A DNA stretch of 62,905 bases, filler included, from Rhabdomonas costata (lineage: Eukaryota), in assembly GCA_019059605.1 (NCBI GenBank). It is 45 parts of 45 records of this genome, joined end to end, with 100 filler letters (N's around TTAATTAATTAA, not from the genome) between each part and the next. Parts side by side here need not be neighbours in the genome. Positions count along the whole stretch, not along the records: positions 1 to 1,298 come from JAHMHO010020093.1; positions 1,399 to 2,699 come from JAHMHO010020094.1; positions 2,800 to 4,100 come from JAHMHO010020095.1; positions 4,201 to 5,501 come from JAHMHO010020096.1; positions 5,602 to 6,902 come from JAHMHO010020097.1; positions 7,003 to 8,300 come from JAHMHO010020098.1; positions 8,401 to 9,701 come from JAHMHO010020099.1; positions 9,802 to 11,102 come from JAHMHO010020100.1; 37 more parts are not named here. One strand, given 5' to 3'. Position numbers and translations under genes: made by a program. Below, piece by piece: positions 1 through 12,954 of the stretch. The notes beneath the pieces were generated by a model, which worked only from the letters and a program-made list of their open reading frames with translations, was not told where the DNA came from and searched no databases. Numbering within the stretch: the stretch's first letter is position 1; each line of letters begins with the position of its first letter.

Positions 1-1298
1 GTGGTGGGTGTGGTTGGGGGGGTGGGGTTTCAGAAGGAAGTCCGTGTGATGTGAACTATGTGCAGGATCCCCAAGTCGACCTTTATTTTGTCTTCTTTTG
101 CTTTTGTTCTGGGCCTCTCACAGAGCCTGCCCCTGCGGCGCAGGGATCGCCTTCGGTCGATGTGGATGATCCGTTTCCACTCTCCCGGAAGGTGCGGACT
201 GCTTGGTGCACGTGCAGAGTGGAGGGACCAGCGCTGACTCTCATTTGAGTCGGCTTACACCTCACGTTCTCTGCTTTGTGTCGAGTAGAATATAATCCAG
301 ATGAGCTTCACCTGCGAGAGCATGCGTTGTTGGCGTGTGTAATGTCTGTGTATCGTGTGGCCCAACAACATCTCCTCACTCTTCTCTTCTGAAATAGAGG
401 AGGGTACAGCTGATCCAAAGCTTGTTTTTTATGCCCCTCTGCCTCCGTCAAAAAACATGTTTTCCCAAATGCTCTTGCCCCTCGTGGCTCAGGTGGTTTC
501 AATTTGCCTTTGGCAGTGAGACGCCTCTATACACTGTAAACTACCCCTAGGGGAGTGATAACTGTCCCCACCCCCCTGGCACTGTAAACCTTGGTTACTG
601 CCCTGTTTCTGGCGCTTCCACCCGTAGGCCTTGGAGCTCGCTCTGAAGGCCTGCTCGCAGCCCTGCCCTGCGGAGCGCAGCCCGCGGTGTGTGATGTGCG
701 TGCGTGTTGGTTACTCGCACAAACTCCTCTGTTTCGTTTTGTTTTCTTGCCCCATCCCATGGGCTCTCTTCGCCAATCATACACTGCCTACTGTTGGCTG
801 AGGTGAACGTGATATGGGATGAGGGTTCGATGGGTGTGAAATTTTGAGGGTGGGGGGAGGGGTATTTAAACCGTTTTCCAACGTCAACCCATTTAACGAC
901 GTTGAACGGTGAGGTACATCGTCTCCGCCGCCCGTTCCGGCTGTGCCGCGGACTGGCCACCGCGACGCTAGCCTTTGCCACTAAAATACCTATGTTCCTT
1001 TGGTGTGCTATCTCTTGGGAAATAAAGTTACCCCAATACAAAAATTTCCAGTCTCATAACGCAGTGTTTAACACTCACCCCCTCCCCCCAACGCATCGGA
1101 CGGGGGGATGATTGACGCGTTTCCACTTTCCGAGACCCAACCCCTGCTTTGTTTTCGTGTGGAGAGAAGAGAATTGTCCTTGAAAGATGCGGTGCTTTCT
1201 ATGGGAAAAGCTGCACCAATCTTTGAAAAAAAGTTATAATGCTACGTGCAACCCTGTGGTCGATGTCAGTGAGGGAGAAACGGGTCTCACACACCCAC

Positions 1299-1398
1299 NN
1301 NNNNNNNNNNNNNNNNNNNNNNNNNNNNNNNNNNNNNNNNNNTTAATTAATTAANNNNNNNNNNNNNNNNNNNNNNNNNNNNNNNNNNNNNNNNNNNN
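1299..1398. other. Artificial contig linker (N44-TTAATTAATTAA-N44), repeated about every 1.4 kb through the window
   Basis: An identical 100-nt block with six-frame stops recurs at 1299, 2700, 4101, 5502 ... 61506. Intervening segments are all about 1300 nt. Confidence 0.99.
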
Positions 1399-1555
1399 GT
1401 GTTTGTGTGTTCGCTACGCGCATACTCTCCGCTTTAGCCAGCGACTCCTCTTAAAGTTCGGTTTTGGTGTGATTGCGATTTGCCACTGACGCGTTGAGTG
1501 GTTATGGGGCGTAAGCGCGATGGGTGCCATGGTCCGTTCAATTGCGCGTTGCTAG

Positions 1556-1987
1556 GAGGAGGAGAAGATGTTCATGAACGTGGGCGTGGGGTCCGATGTT
1601 ACTCTCAAGGTGTGTGAAAAACGTGTGGGCATTGTTCACATCCCCGTATGTCTGTTGGTGCACTTGAGTGTTCAGGAGGTCTGTTCAGGGTTCAGTGAAC
1701 TGTGCAAATAGGGCTGCCGGATGCAATTTCTTTGCTACTGCTTCTCGTTAGCCAGCGATATTTGCTGAACGGGTGCTTCCTAGGAACTCGCGGTGATGAT
1801 CAAGGACATCGTGGGGTTCAAGGGGGAGATTGTATGGAACACCGCCATGCCGGACGGCACCCCCCGAAAGCTCCTGGACGTGCACCGGCTGACTGAGCTG
1901 GGGTGGACCGCGAAGACGTCTCTTCCAGACGCTATCCGGCTGTCTTACCAATGGTTCCTGGACAACTGGAAGGACGCCAGGAAGTAA
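1556..1987 (+). CDS. GFUS: GDP-L-fucose synthase, last two exons (1556-1609, 1784-1987)
   Basis: A GT-AG intron (1610-1783) joins in frame EEEKMFMNVGVGSDVTLK|ELAVMIKDIVGFKGEIVWNTAMPDGTPRKLLDVHRLTELGW. NVGxGxD and PDGTPRKLLD are family motifs. Ends in TAA. Confidence 0.93.
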
Positions 1988-4230
1988 GAAGCCTTCTCCC
2001 CACACCCACCATGCCCTTCTACCCTCGCACCGCCCCGCGCTCCGAGAACGAGATACGTGCTACTGCTGCCAGGGGAGCTTCTTCTCTGCTGTTCGTTTGA
2101 CTTCCCCCGCCCCAGGGGGTTTCCCATTGGACTCTGTGTGCTGTTGTTATTCTTATTTGGCTTTGAGTGGGATGTCCCGGAGAAGACATCTGTTGATTTG
2201 ACAATATTGATCACCTGTCTGTGAATGGCTCGCTGCACGGGAACATTTCGCAAGGTGTCTTTTTCGCTTTTTGGATGTTCACTTTGTCGGTTGGAGGGAG
2301 ATTCACGATTTTCCTTGGTAGAGCTCACCCCCCCATTCGGGAATTTGCGTACTTCTGTTCTTATGCTCTTCTTGGTGATCTTGTAGGTCGATGTCACCAG
2401 TCGCTCAGTTGAGACAGGTTGGGACTCTGGATGCAGGTGCTCCGTTTCTCTGGAAAGGGCTGCTTCGAGAATTTTCTATGTGGCCCCCTAGACCGCACAC
2501 TAGTAACTGCACAAAGTGCTCCGGTGATCAGACTCTACCTTCCCCTCCAGTTGGTAGAGTGTTTCGCGGATGCAACCGGAAGGCTTCTGTGCTCCGCTTA
2601 TGTTACCCCACCACTATCACCACCACCCCTTACTTTCTTTTCAGGTTCGGACCCGGCCGCTGCTTTTCTTCGTTGCTGGTTATATTCACCCCACCCCCCN
2701 NNNNNNNNNNNNNNNNNNNNNNNNNNNNNNNNNNNNNNNNNNNTTAATTAATTAANNNNNNNNNNNNNNNNNNNNNNNNNNNNNNNNNNNNNNNNNNNNT
2801 GTTTTTGGTGGAAATTGTTCCCTTGGGGAAAATTTTTTCACATGCCTGCGTTGTGGGTGATTCCCAGTGACTGAGCGACGAGTGTCGAGGCATCCGGAGC
2901 TGAAGCACCCGAACGTGATGGTCCCCAGGTGATGTACCCCATTCCTCAGTGAAGAAGTGCAACGCTGTGCTTTCATTCTTGACATCGAATCCTGATGAAG
3001 CTGTCGTAGGTCGCTGACTTAGATGCTTCTGCGTTTCGGGTTGTTTCGCAGTTCCTGTCGTCCTCGCATCTGCTGCAACCTCCACCTTTGGTGTTGCCCT
3101 GAAGGCAAGCTTTTCGCTCCTGCCTTTCTCTCTCTCTCTCTCTCATGAAAAGCACCGTCTTGAAGTATTTGGTTGAGGTCAGGATTGGATCCAGAAGTCG
3201 GGGGGTGCGAATTGGAAAACTGTCAACAATTTAAGCGCAAAAGGCTCATCGTTCCAGAAATTATGAATGCGAACCGCAATGGGATTTCTTAGTTTTTTTA
3301 ATGCCACACGAAATCAGACCACTCAGCTGAAAGCTGAAATGCGAAGTAGGTTGGCGCGGATCTTGTTATCAAACGGAAATTGTATCTCGGTCTCGTTTGA
3401 GAACATCCATACATAGTCAGTCTTCCGCACCTTTCACTTTTAATTCATTTCATCTCACGCTACGTTCAGGTTTGTGGTAATCTCGTGCCGAATGTCGCCT
3501 CGGCCTTGTCCTTCATTTTGTAATAAGGCTGTTCTCTAACATGAGGTTGGCTTCGTCGCGTTGCAATCTTTTCCAGCCCCTTCTCCTTTTGTTCTATTGC
3601 GTTAGCGGTGGCCGCGTATCCTCTCTCTCCTCTTCACTACCAACAGCAGCCCCTGCGAGCTAAATGGGCCCACCCCCTGGAAAGCTTTTTATTGTGCGGT
3701 GCCCCGGGCGCCACGATTACGGAGAGATGATTACAGCGATGCTGTTGAGACCGCATTCCCACCGCCCATGGGCTCAGGCTTTGCGGATGCAACCTCGGGT
3801 CCTCCTGGGCGTCAACACCTCCTCCCCCTTCCCGTCTCTTCATTTCTCGTCTTATCTCGCTTTTATGATAAAAAGAAGAAATCACGGGGTGAAGTGGGGC
3901 GTCCGTGAAAATGAGAGAGTTTCTGAGAAGGAGACAATTGGTCTTCCTTCTCCATTCCCGCATTGCTGCCGGAGTGGGCGGCTGGGAAGGGAATGTATCC
4001 TGGGAGGGCGAGGGGGGGCTTCAACATGTCATGGTCCAAAAGGGAACTCTGGTTATCGTTATCAGTGGTAACAATTGCACACTCCCTTCCCCAACAAAAC
4101 NNNNNNNNNNNNNNNNNNNNNNNNNNNNNNNNNNNNNNNNNNNNTTAATTAATTAANNNNNNNNNNNNNNNNNNNNNNNNNNNNNNNNNNNNNNNNNNNN
4201 ATGGGGTGTGACTAAGTAAGAGGATGAAGA

Positions 4231-5406
4231 GTGGGCAGCAAGACCTGCTCCTCACGCAGCGTGGCGGCGATGCAGGCCGGGGCGCGGTCCCAGGCCAGGC
4301 TGGCCCTGCTGCGTGAGGAGCAGGTCTTGCTGCCCACTCTTCATCCTCTTACTTAGTCACACATGCACACAAACTACGTTCTTCTCAAGGGATTGTTCCG
4401 GTGGAGGTCTTTTATTCCTGCAGCGGGATTTCAAATGCTCTCCCGCTACCAGGCCGCTTCTCGGGGCCCGGATCACCCCTTTGCTGGCGGGCGGAGGTTC
4501 TTGGGAAATCTCAATGATGCATTAAACCGCGGTTCTAAGGAACTCGAATCCTCGCCACCACCACCACCATCGACAACCCCTGACACGGCCTTCAACGCAT
4601 TGTGCCTCCATCCCACCACACATGGCACCTGGATTCTGCAGGAGCTGCTGTTCTGCGTGCAAGTTACGGAGCTCGGGTTTGCGGAGGACCGGGAGCGTGC
4701 GGAGCTGGCTACGGAGTCTCGCGTGCAGCAGCAGAGGCCCGCGCTTTTTTTTTGGCTGTGCACGCCTTCTTTGATTTCGCTGTGCTGCATCTCTTTTGAC
4801 TGACTCAACTGAGCCACAATAAGAAAGCACAGCTCGCAGACCCTAGCGTCTCGGGCCTCCTATGTGGGCCACCTGCGGCTTCGGTGCTGGCAGTTGCCAT
4901 GGTCCAATTTTTAGATGGGTTCAGTAACAGTGGGAGTGTGGTTTGGGCAGCGTCGCCCCGCTTTGCTTCTGCCATGACCAGTGCCCAAGTGCAAGACGTC
5001 TTGCATATACATCGTGATGGATGAAGATTCACAAAGAAGGCTGACAGGAAATTCTTTGAAAAAGAAAGAGGTTAACGAAGGATGCGTTTGCCTCACTCCA
5101 CCGAAAGTTGTTGTACCCTGCAACTCTCACGCCGGTCCCTACCGTCCAGTCTTCATCCTTCTTTATCTTTGGAGCTGGTCTTCGCTGAACCCTACCGTGA
5201 ATTCGGACCTTCAGTAAAATCCTGTGGCACTGACCTGTGAGGTGGGGTGGGACTCCTGGCTGCGTTTGTCTGTTCCGCCGTCTTCCTTGGCGGGGTGGGA
5301 TGTGCCATTCAGGTGCCTGGGCTGGCTTGCCAGCTGTCGCGCTCTGGAGGCGCGGAGAGGAGAGCTGCTCGCCCTGGAGACCGAGCAGCGCAAGGCCCTG
5401 GAGATG
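4231..5406 (+). CDS. Exons of an uncharacterised E/R-rich coiled-coil protein (partial)
   Basis: AG/GT-bounded GC-rich blocks encode ELGFAEDRERAELATESR and ALEARRGELLALETEQRKALEM. Exon phases are not fully reconciled. Confidence 0.4.
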
Positions 5407-6213
5407 GTCTTTTTGTACACGCGTGTGTGTGTTAATAATTGTTCAATAACAAAAATCGTTACCACTGGTCACGGCTGCCACTGTTAACCGACACACCCCA
5501 CNNNNNNNNNNNNNNNNNNNNNNNNNNNNNNNNNNNNNNNNNNNNTTAATTAATTAANNNNNNNNNNNNNNNNNNNNNNNNNNNNNNNNNNNNNNNNNNN
5601 NCTCACGACCACAACAACTTCATGATTTCTAAGAACACGCTGCGGGTGCTTGTGTGTGTGGCTTTCGGTCCGTTCGGCGTTGTGCCATTCAGTGTTGGCG
5701 GCCCCGCGCTGGCAAGGATTTCATCTTTGAAAGGGCAATTAGGGCTTTTTGGTATGAAAAAGCTATATTACAGGTTGGTGCCAGGGGTCTACAACGATTT
5801 CTTCGTGCTCGTTTTTGAGGTTGCACCTTTTTGAGTCCATTTTACCTACTCACGCATTACCTCACCTCTCACTCCTCGACTTCATTGTCCTGGTTACACT
5901 TTTCCTCCCTCTACCTCCTCCACCCGCACCACTTATCCCCTTTGTCACTTCTGCATGCTTGCTAGCCTTTTGCCGTCCACACTGGTTTCCTTTGCGTTTG
6001 TTCTGTTTGGTGTCGACCCCATGGCTCCCATGGGGCTTCACTCATTCGACAGAAGTAGTTTTCATAGTCCGGCATTGCATTTTATAAATTTTTTGTACGT
6101 GTAGGTTGAGCGTCGCAACCACCTTTGACTGATGCCCCAAATTTCCCTTGCATTTCGTTGTGGCGATGGGTGCTACATATTTGGGTAGTCGATAACTCTT
6201 TTTTTGGATGCAG

Positions 6214-6453
6214 GTTGCCGCCGACATGGGGTGGGCCATGTACGGCCCCACGGGCAAGCTGGACTTCTGGGCCACGTTTGGGAACCACATCTTCCCTGAC
6301 CTCATGATGGCCTCGATGAACCCCGGCCGGCGGCTGTGGAGGGTGCTGGACCTCCTGGCTCCCTCTCTGAGGCTGGACCCCAGGCTAGGGGTGCTGCCGT
6401 ACCGCCCAAGCTACCCCTTCTCGGTGAAGCCGGATAAGCCCGTCTCGGTGCAG
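6214..6453 (+). CDS. Peptidase C69 (dipeptidase) internal exon
   Basis: A 240-nt AG/GT-bounded exon with the RRLWR and YPFSVKPDKPVSV motifs typical of C69. Confidence 0.75.
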
Positions 6454-7571
6454 GTGCCTGTGCCAAGAAGTGTGGTCATTGCTGTCTGTTGGGGCCAGAA
6501 ATAGCAATGTGCACCTGAAAGGACCTTCCGGAATAGCAAACTGTGACGCTTTTACTCGCGGTGCTCGGCTCATGCAGCGCCACCGTTGGAGGATGGAGAG
6601 CAGGAAACCGTCAACGGAAGTCTCCTTGAATTCGGGGTGTTCTATGGCATTGCAGCGTGGTGGGTCGCATCCTGCAATGACGGTGAATATCCACATGCCG
6701 TGCTCAGATTTTATTTCGCTACTGCTGCTTAATCGTGATCGTCACACTCGTCCTAATCCTATGTCCCCACTTTTACTACTCTCACGGTCTCATTGTGACA
6801 CACACACATACAGCCCACATTGGTCACCAACAGTCAACCAGGCAACAGCCAGCATGCAATGCGCCCAACACACAGACGCACACACCACATCACACGGATG
6901 CTNNNNNNNNNNNNNNNNNNNNNNNNNNNNNNNNNNNNNNNNNNNNTTAATTAATTAANNNNNNNNNNNNNNNNNNNNNNNNNNNNNNNNNNNNNNNNNN
7001 NNCAGAGACTCAGCCTAACTGTGAGGAGAAGAGAAAGAGAGAAAGACTGTGTGTAACGCAAGTCCGATGAGAAAGAGCTGGAGGTAAGCAGAGCCTTAAA
7101 GAAAAGGGACAAACACACAGAACAAGTGTACAGTGACCATAACTTCTGGAGCCTCTTATCACTAGGGAAGGAATCACAGGAGGAAAAAAGAAAAAGAAAA
7201 AAGAAGAAGAAAAAGTTGTGGGCTGTTTCCTATGGTAAGGGCATCGTCTGATGTCACGGTGAGTGTGAGTGATGTGTGGTTGGGCGTGCGTTTTCTGTTG
7301 TCTCCGCAAAAAGTCAGCATTGCTCGAGGTGGTGGGTGTAAATTTACTTTCATGGCGTGACTGCTCGACCAAGAGCTATGTCTGTGAAATGCAAGACTCC
7401 TCGCTCATCTCGGGCACCCATACACCGCGCGGTAAAAGAATCTTCCTGCAGCCTGACATGCATAGAGAGAGATCTCAGGCCTATTTCAACTCAGCCGTCA
7501 GGTTGGTAACAAAAAAGACAGAAACCCACAACCAGAAATCCCCCCGAACCATGTCAACGACAGTCTGATAC

Positions 7572-8220
7572 ATCCTCTCTGGGTTAGTCGTCACCACCAT
7601 GTCCGCCCCAGCGGCCACAGCGGCCACAGTCGCGTTCCACACGCTCATCCCCAAGCCCTAAAGACAGCGAAACAACTTAAGAATGGAGGGAGAGTTCGGC
7701 TGACAATGATGGGAATGAGTTGGCCATTCGATTCGTTTCGTTGCTTGGGTGTTGGGGCATGCTGTCTCATCCGCTTTGTGGCCGAACCTTAATAGTAACC
7801 ACCCCCAGGTTCGTGCATCCCTGTGCCTTCATCTTGACAGCGAACGTGAAGATCAACCCCTCAAACCCAACTTCCTGCCGCAGAACCAGTACCAGGAAGT
7901 ACTTCGACAGCGTGGCGGGAGTGCGGTCGCCCAGAACCCGCGGAAACGCGATGTGAGCGGTCATCACACCACCCTGCACGAACCATGAACCAGCAGAAGC
8001 AACTAATGAGGCCGTTGGCGGAAGTTAGCGGTCTAGCAATGGCCCTGAAGCAAGAGTTGGGTGAATTCACGCACCATGCCCGCCTGAAACGCAGCACGGT
8101 ACGGCAGCAACTCCACGGCGTCCAGGCGGGCGCGGTCAACATTCAGCACCGGGGCTCCGTGATGGGAGTCTGCTGAGGTATCCCCGTGGCCAGGAAAGTG
8201 CTTCCCCACAGCTATCACTC
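7572..8220 (-). CDS. GH3 beta-N-acetylhexosaminidase (NagZ-like), three exons, partial
   Basis: [14 protein letters not shown] signature, then [33 protein letters not shown] and AVAAGADM. One GT-AG intron and one GC-AG intron (7658-7826). Confidence 0.9.
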
Positions 8221-9152
8221 CTGAGCACACCACAAGAAACAGATCGAATCATCAGTTTTTTCAGTGGCACCTATTGCGACGACTACCAGAAGGTGGCCAC
8301 NNNNNNNNNNNNNNNNNNNNNNNNNNNNNNNNNNNNNNNNNNNNTTAATTAATTAANNNNNNNNNNNNNNNNNNNNNNNNNNNNNNNNNNNNNNNNNNNN
8401 CAGCCCTCGCAGAGCATCGCGGTGCCCTGGACGTACCGCAGCGGGTGGTTAGAGGAGCACCGTAGGAACTGGGCCACCACGGGAGCAGGAAGGGGATAGT
8501 CAGCCTCTGCAGGACGAAACGGAATCCATTACACTCAAAATGAATTCCGTTTCGGGATGCCACTGGTCGCACCAACCTCGAAATACGATGGCGAATACGA
8601 TGGCGAGGACAAAATCGGATGAGCAAACGCTAGTTCATTGCGCTCTCCTTTTGTTTTGTGTTCTTCTCCCAACCTTTTTTCGAAGCCGTGCAGACGTTCT
8701 GCTTCAGTGTTCGCTGAATGCTTCTGCTTTGATGCAAACATACTGGTGCAGTTGAATTTCAATGGCGTGTGGGTCTTTAAAAAAGCACAAGAAATCACAT
8801 CACAAAGGGGGTTTGTTGGCTACTGCTGGAGCGTTGGGACGGGGCTCTCCCGTCCGGGGATCATGCTAAGGAGTCCAAAAAAGCCCTGCCATATCCTGCC
8901 CGGCTTCCTCTGCCGCGTCGATACCTGCGTGAGCACTCTTCCCCAGTCTCCCTTCTGTTTATCGTCCGCAGTATGCTTCAGCCTTGTTCTTCAGCTGGTA
9001 AGCTGATAAAGCACCTGCTACCTGCGGCACCCCGCGGACCGAACATGGCAATTTAACAATTCGTAAACGGTGCTTTCAGAAAGGCTCGTTAGCGCCCCAA
9101 AATAAACTCCACTTCCCCGTTGTAGTGGGGACAATTGGAGGGGATGTTCACC

Positions 9153-9449
9153 TGGTACGGCCCGGGGCTCCGCCATCCCAAGACCCTCCTGTGCCCCCGT
9201 CGCGGGCTGTGGCAGCACCACCTCACACTCCGGGGCGCCCCAGAGGTAGTTGCACCACCGCTTGGACACTTCCCACTGCACCACCACCCACCTATCTGGT
9301 GTCACGAACATCACGCGGCCCTGCTCGGGGCTCTGCCCCGGCGTAGGCTGTCGCAGCACAACGACATCCCCTATCGCGGGTGGGGGCGGGCCTGTGGCGT
9401 CATTCACAGCTTCTTCAATGCCGGCGACCCCGTGAAGGCATCACCCGAA
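9153..9449 (-). CDS. Exon with a MIB/HERC2-like small beta domain
   Basis: IGDVVV...GRV...WVVVQWEVSKRWCNYLWGA resembles the MIB-HERC2 pattern VxVxWxxGxxNxYRWGA. AG/GT bounded. Confidence 0.45.
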
Positions 9450-11202
9450 CCTGAGTTTATCATGGAAAGCTACTCCTATCTATTACTAACGAGTCATCGA
9501 ACACAGGCTCCACTTGTTCGCTTCCACTTGCTCACCAAATTGAAGAGGGTCCCCATAGCAGTGAGGTTTAGGCGAGGGGAAGGCAGACAACGATTGGGGT
9601 GTCCATCCCAAAACATCATCTAACACGCCCCACCCATCCACAATGGCAAAGGCCAACTTGGAAAGCTTTCAATTCAAACGAATCGCAGGCCACCACAAAC
9701 CNNNNNNNNNNNNNNNNNNNNNNNNNNNNNNNNNNNNNNNNNNNNTTAATTAATTAANNNNNNNNNNNNNNNNNNNNNNNNNNNNNNNNNNNNNNNNNNN
9801 NTGACCTTTGGGGGGGGATTGATGGAGCTACGATACGACGAAGATATGGCCAATGTACCTTGGACCACTTCAATTACGGGGTCGCTTGAAAACGCAGGAG
9901 AGGCTTTATTTATGAGGCTCTGTTTGATATAAACCATATTTGTATTTCGCCTCGGCAATTGCATCCATCCCTAAGTTAATGTTGTTCAACTCATCCGCCA
10001 AAGCCCAGCAACAGCAGCCAGCAGTATTTTGGAAGAGTTCCGGCACTCCCCCCTCCACCACCACCCTGCGCCAAGTACATTGGGCCAAAAATACGTCATG
10101 ATGCAATGTTGCTCCCTTGTTTCCCCTCCCCTTCCTCGGGCGGGTGCTCAACACGCGTGTGCACACATACACTCTCATACATCCCCCCTGCCTCACCTGC
10201 CAAGATCTGCCACAATATTCGTGACCCGCATTGGACACCTCTTTGAACGGAATAGCAATGGTCATGTTGAGTCACATGCCTATCATGGCAAACAAGGCTT
10301 GCCTTTGAATGCTGAATGAACATGAGTAGCCAGCCTCATCAAATTGGGCAGATGATCGGTGGTTTGTTGCCCTGAGAAAGTTGCTCATTTAACGGGTGAT
10401 GTCGATCGACGCTCACAAGGTTTCTGATTCCGTGTGCTGGGTTTTACTTTTCTCGGATGTCCCCGGCGGCATAAACTAATGAGCCACAAATGTAGATACG
10501 CTCATGCTTATCTCTGTGTGCGTATGTGTGTGGGAACCGTGCGGGGCCGAAGCGCGGTGGTGTCAAATTCCCGAGATAATGTGTAGCTTCGCTGGTGCTG
10601 AGCAGTCAGCTCTCACAGCATTATGAACTGAGTTTTTTTTGTGTTGACCCTTCCCAGTAACCATCCAAAGTATCGCCACGGAACGAGACTACGGTCATAT
10701 TAGCGTGCCGAGGCATCTTTTGTCCCCAACCAGGCACTGGGGCCAGAGTTGCCTTCAGCCTTTCACCTGGTCGAGACAGCGTGGTTAGGCAGTGATATGG
10801 ATTCGAGCCGACTTCGGTGCCTGACAGTATTCGTTCCAGAGTTCACCTTCACACCCAACTTTCTCTCTCTGTATCTGCGCTCCAGGGGTTTCACTGAGCG
10901 AAGCTCTCTGGGGGGCCCTGCAACGGAGATTCACCACGCCCACACCGTGCTGCTGAATTCCGGCGGTGCCGGAGCACGGTGCCTGATGACCCCACCCCCC
11001 CGAGGCACCCACACCTGGCCTCCCACGGGTAGAGGGCCGCCCCCCAGGTTTTGCCGGCCCTCTCTTCCCCCTTCAACCTGTTGCATTGATGAACCACAAA
11101 ACNNNNNNNNNNNNNNNNNNNNNNNNNNNNNNNNNNNNNNNNNNNNTTAATTAATTAANNNNNNNNNNNNNNNNNNNNNNNNNNNNNNNNNNNNNNNNNN
11201 NN

Positions 11203-12395
11203 GTTTGTGGGTTTTCCCGTGTCTTGAGGACCACGACGCGCTGTCTTACTTTGAGCCTGGGATGCTGGTGACGACGTACGACTTCCGAGGGGCCAGTGGG
11301 GACGTCCGGACCCTCTGCGGGGATGTCTTGAGCGCAAGAGAAGGGGCCTGGGTGTGGGTGTTCTTGAGGGAGGGCGCTTTGGGCGCGGTCACGGAGCTGG
11401 TGTCTGAAGACCCTATGAGGGCTGCTATGGTGAAGGCTCTGGACTCTTGGGCAAGGGCTGGGCAGCAGGTGCATGCCTTGCATCTCCCTGGCACTGCATT
11501 TGATGCGGAGCGGGATCCCAGTGGAGGCTTCACCATCGTTAACCGCCACTACAGAGAGCAGAGGTGTGCGATGCACTCTACCTTCCCGTATCAGTGTGTT
11601 GATTTTGGTCAGCCCCACCACGTGTCTCCCTTCGCCATTGACACGCGTGGCATGATAAGAATAGGTTATCACAGAACACCAGAGACCCCCCCCCGGCACG
11701 GGTTGCTCTAGATTTCCCAAAAGCAAAGGGGAATAAACAAAGCTGGAATGTTACAAGCATTTTGTGAAGACACTGCAGGCCTGGCTTCTGTCCTTCCGTC
11801 CTTGTCTTGACTTGTGCAAAGATATGAGGCGCACAAAAAGTTAAACCACCGCCTCCATCCGACTGTTGTGGAGCTGTATGCTGGGATCTTGGTCATCCTT
11901 TCTTTCAACACAAGCAAGTGCTACTTAGAATTAGCGGCACACACATAAATCGTGAGTGAAGGTAGGGGTAACTTCCTGTGAGAGTATACCGTGTCCTCGG
12001 AGGATCCGTGAGGAGGGTGGCAGCGGCAGCCGGATGGACTTGTATGCTTCAGGGCCTCAGGGTGGATAATTGGTGTGTATTTTTTTTTCAAACTTGGGGC
12101 GCATGCGCTTCATCTTTTCAGGTTTCTGCTCTTGCGCGTGCCTTCCGGGACTATCTTTACCATCGAGAACTCCGCAGAGACTTTTCTGCACTGGCCCGCT
12201 GCCCTTCTTGGCGTCGAGGAGGTGTACTTCCCGCCGTTCTCCAGGTTCATGGTGAAGGCGGTCTGTCAGGGAGCTCTGGGCGAGCCCGACCGAGTCACCC
12301 TGGAGTTTCGCGGGTCCCACTCCTATGCCGCCTTGATGTGCGGGATGCCGCTGGACCATAAAGCCGTGGTTTGCCACTGCGTTTTTGTGTTTTGA
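11203..12395 (+). CDS. ADP-ribosyltransferase-like (R-S-E clade) domain protein, two exons (to 11563; from 12122), partial
   Basis: FEPGMLVTTYDFRGAS ... GTIFTIE ... EEVYFPPFSRFMV follow the ART order FxSTS / GTxFxI / ExEVLFPP. In-frame phase-2 GT-AG intron at 11564-12121. Confidence 0.6.
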
Positions 12396-12954
12396 TGGAG
12401 CCGGGACCCTTTGGGGCTTTGCGTATCTCGGCAGTACTTGAGGGCAATGGCAAGTGTTCTTGCCTCCCTGCGATCCTGTCCATCCGGCTGCCGCTGCCAC
12501 CCCNNNNNNNNNNNNNNNNNNNNNNNNNNNNNNNNNNNNNNNNNNNNTTAATTAATTAANNNNNNNNNNNNNNNNNNNNNNNNNNNNNNNNNNNNNNNNN
12601 NNNGGGTTTTGTTCACTACCAAATGCTGCAGCGCGCTTGCCCAGCTCCCGGACTTTCACAGCGCGCTGCAGCATTTGGTAGTGAATGAAGTCCTCAAAAC
12701 TCACCTGTGTGAGTGGGTGGGTGTGCTTTCCAGGCGAACGAGTGAACAGAAGGAGCTTGTAATTGCTCTAAACTACAAGAGCGATGCACCTTAAGCCCGT
12801 AAAGGACCGGAAAAAGCTCACGCTGGCAACTGGAAATGGAGGTAGCTTCTTTGCTCACGGCGGAGCTGTTCAGGCGGAAGAGACGGTACAGGGTGGCACA
12901 GGGAGCGAGGGAGAGGGAGAGTGGGGCGTGGAGACGAAGACAGGAGGGACAGAC

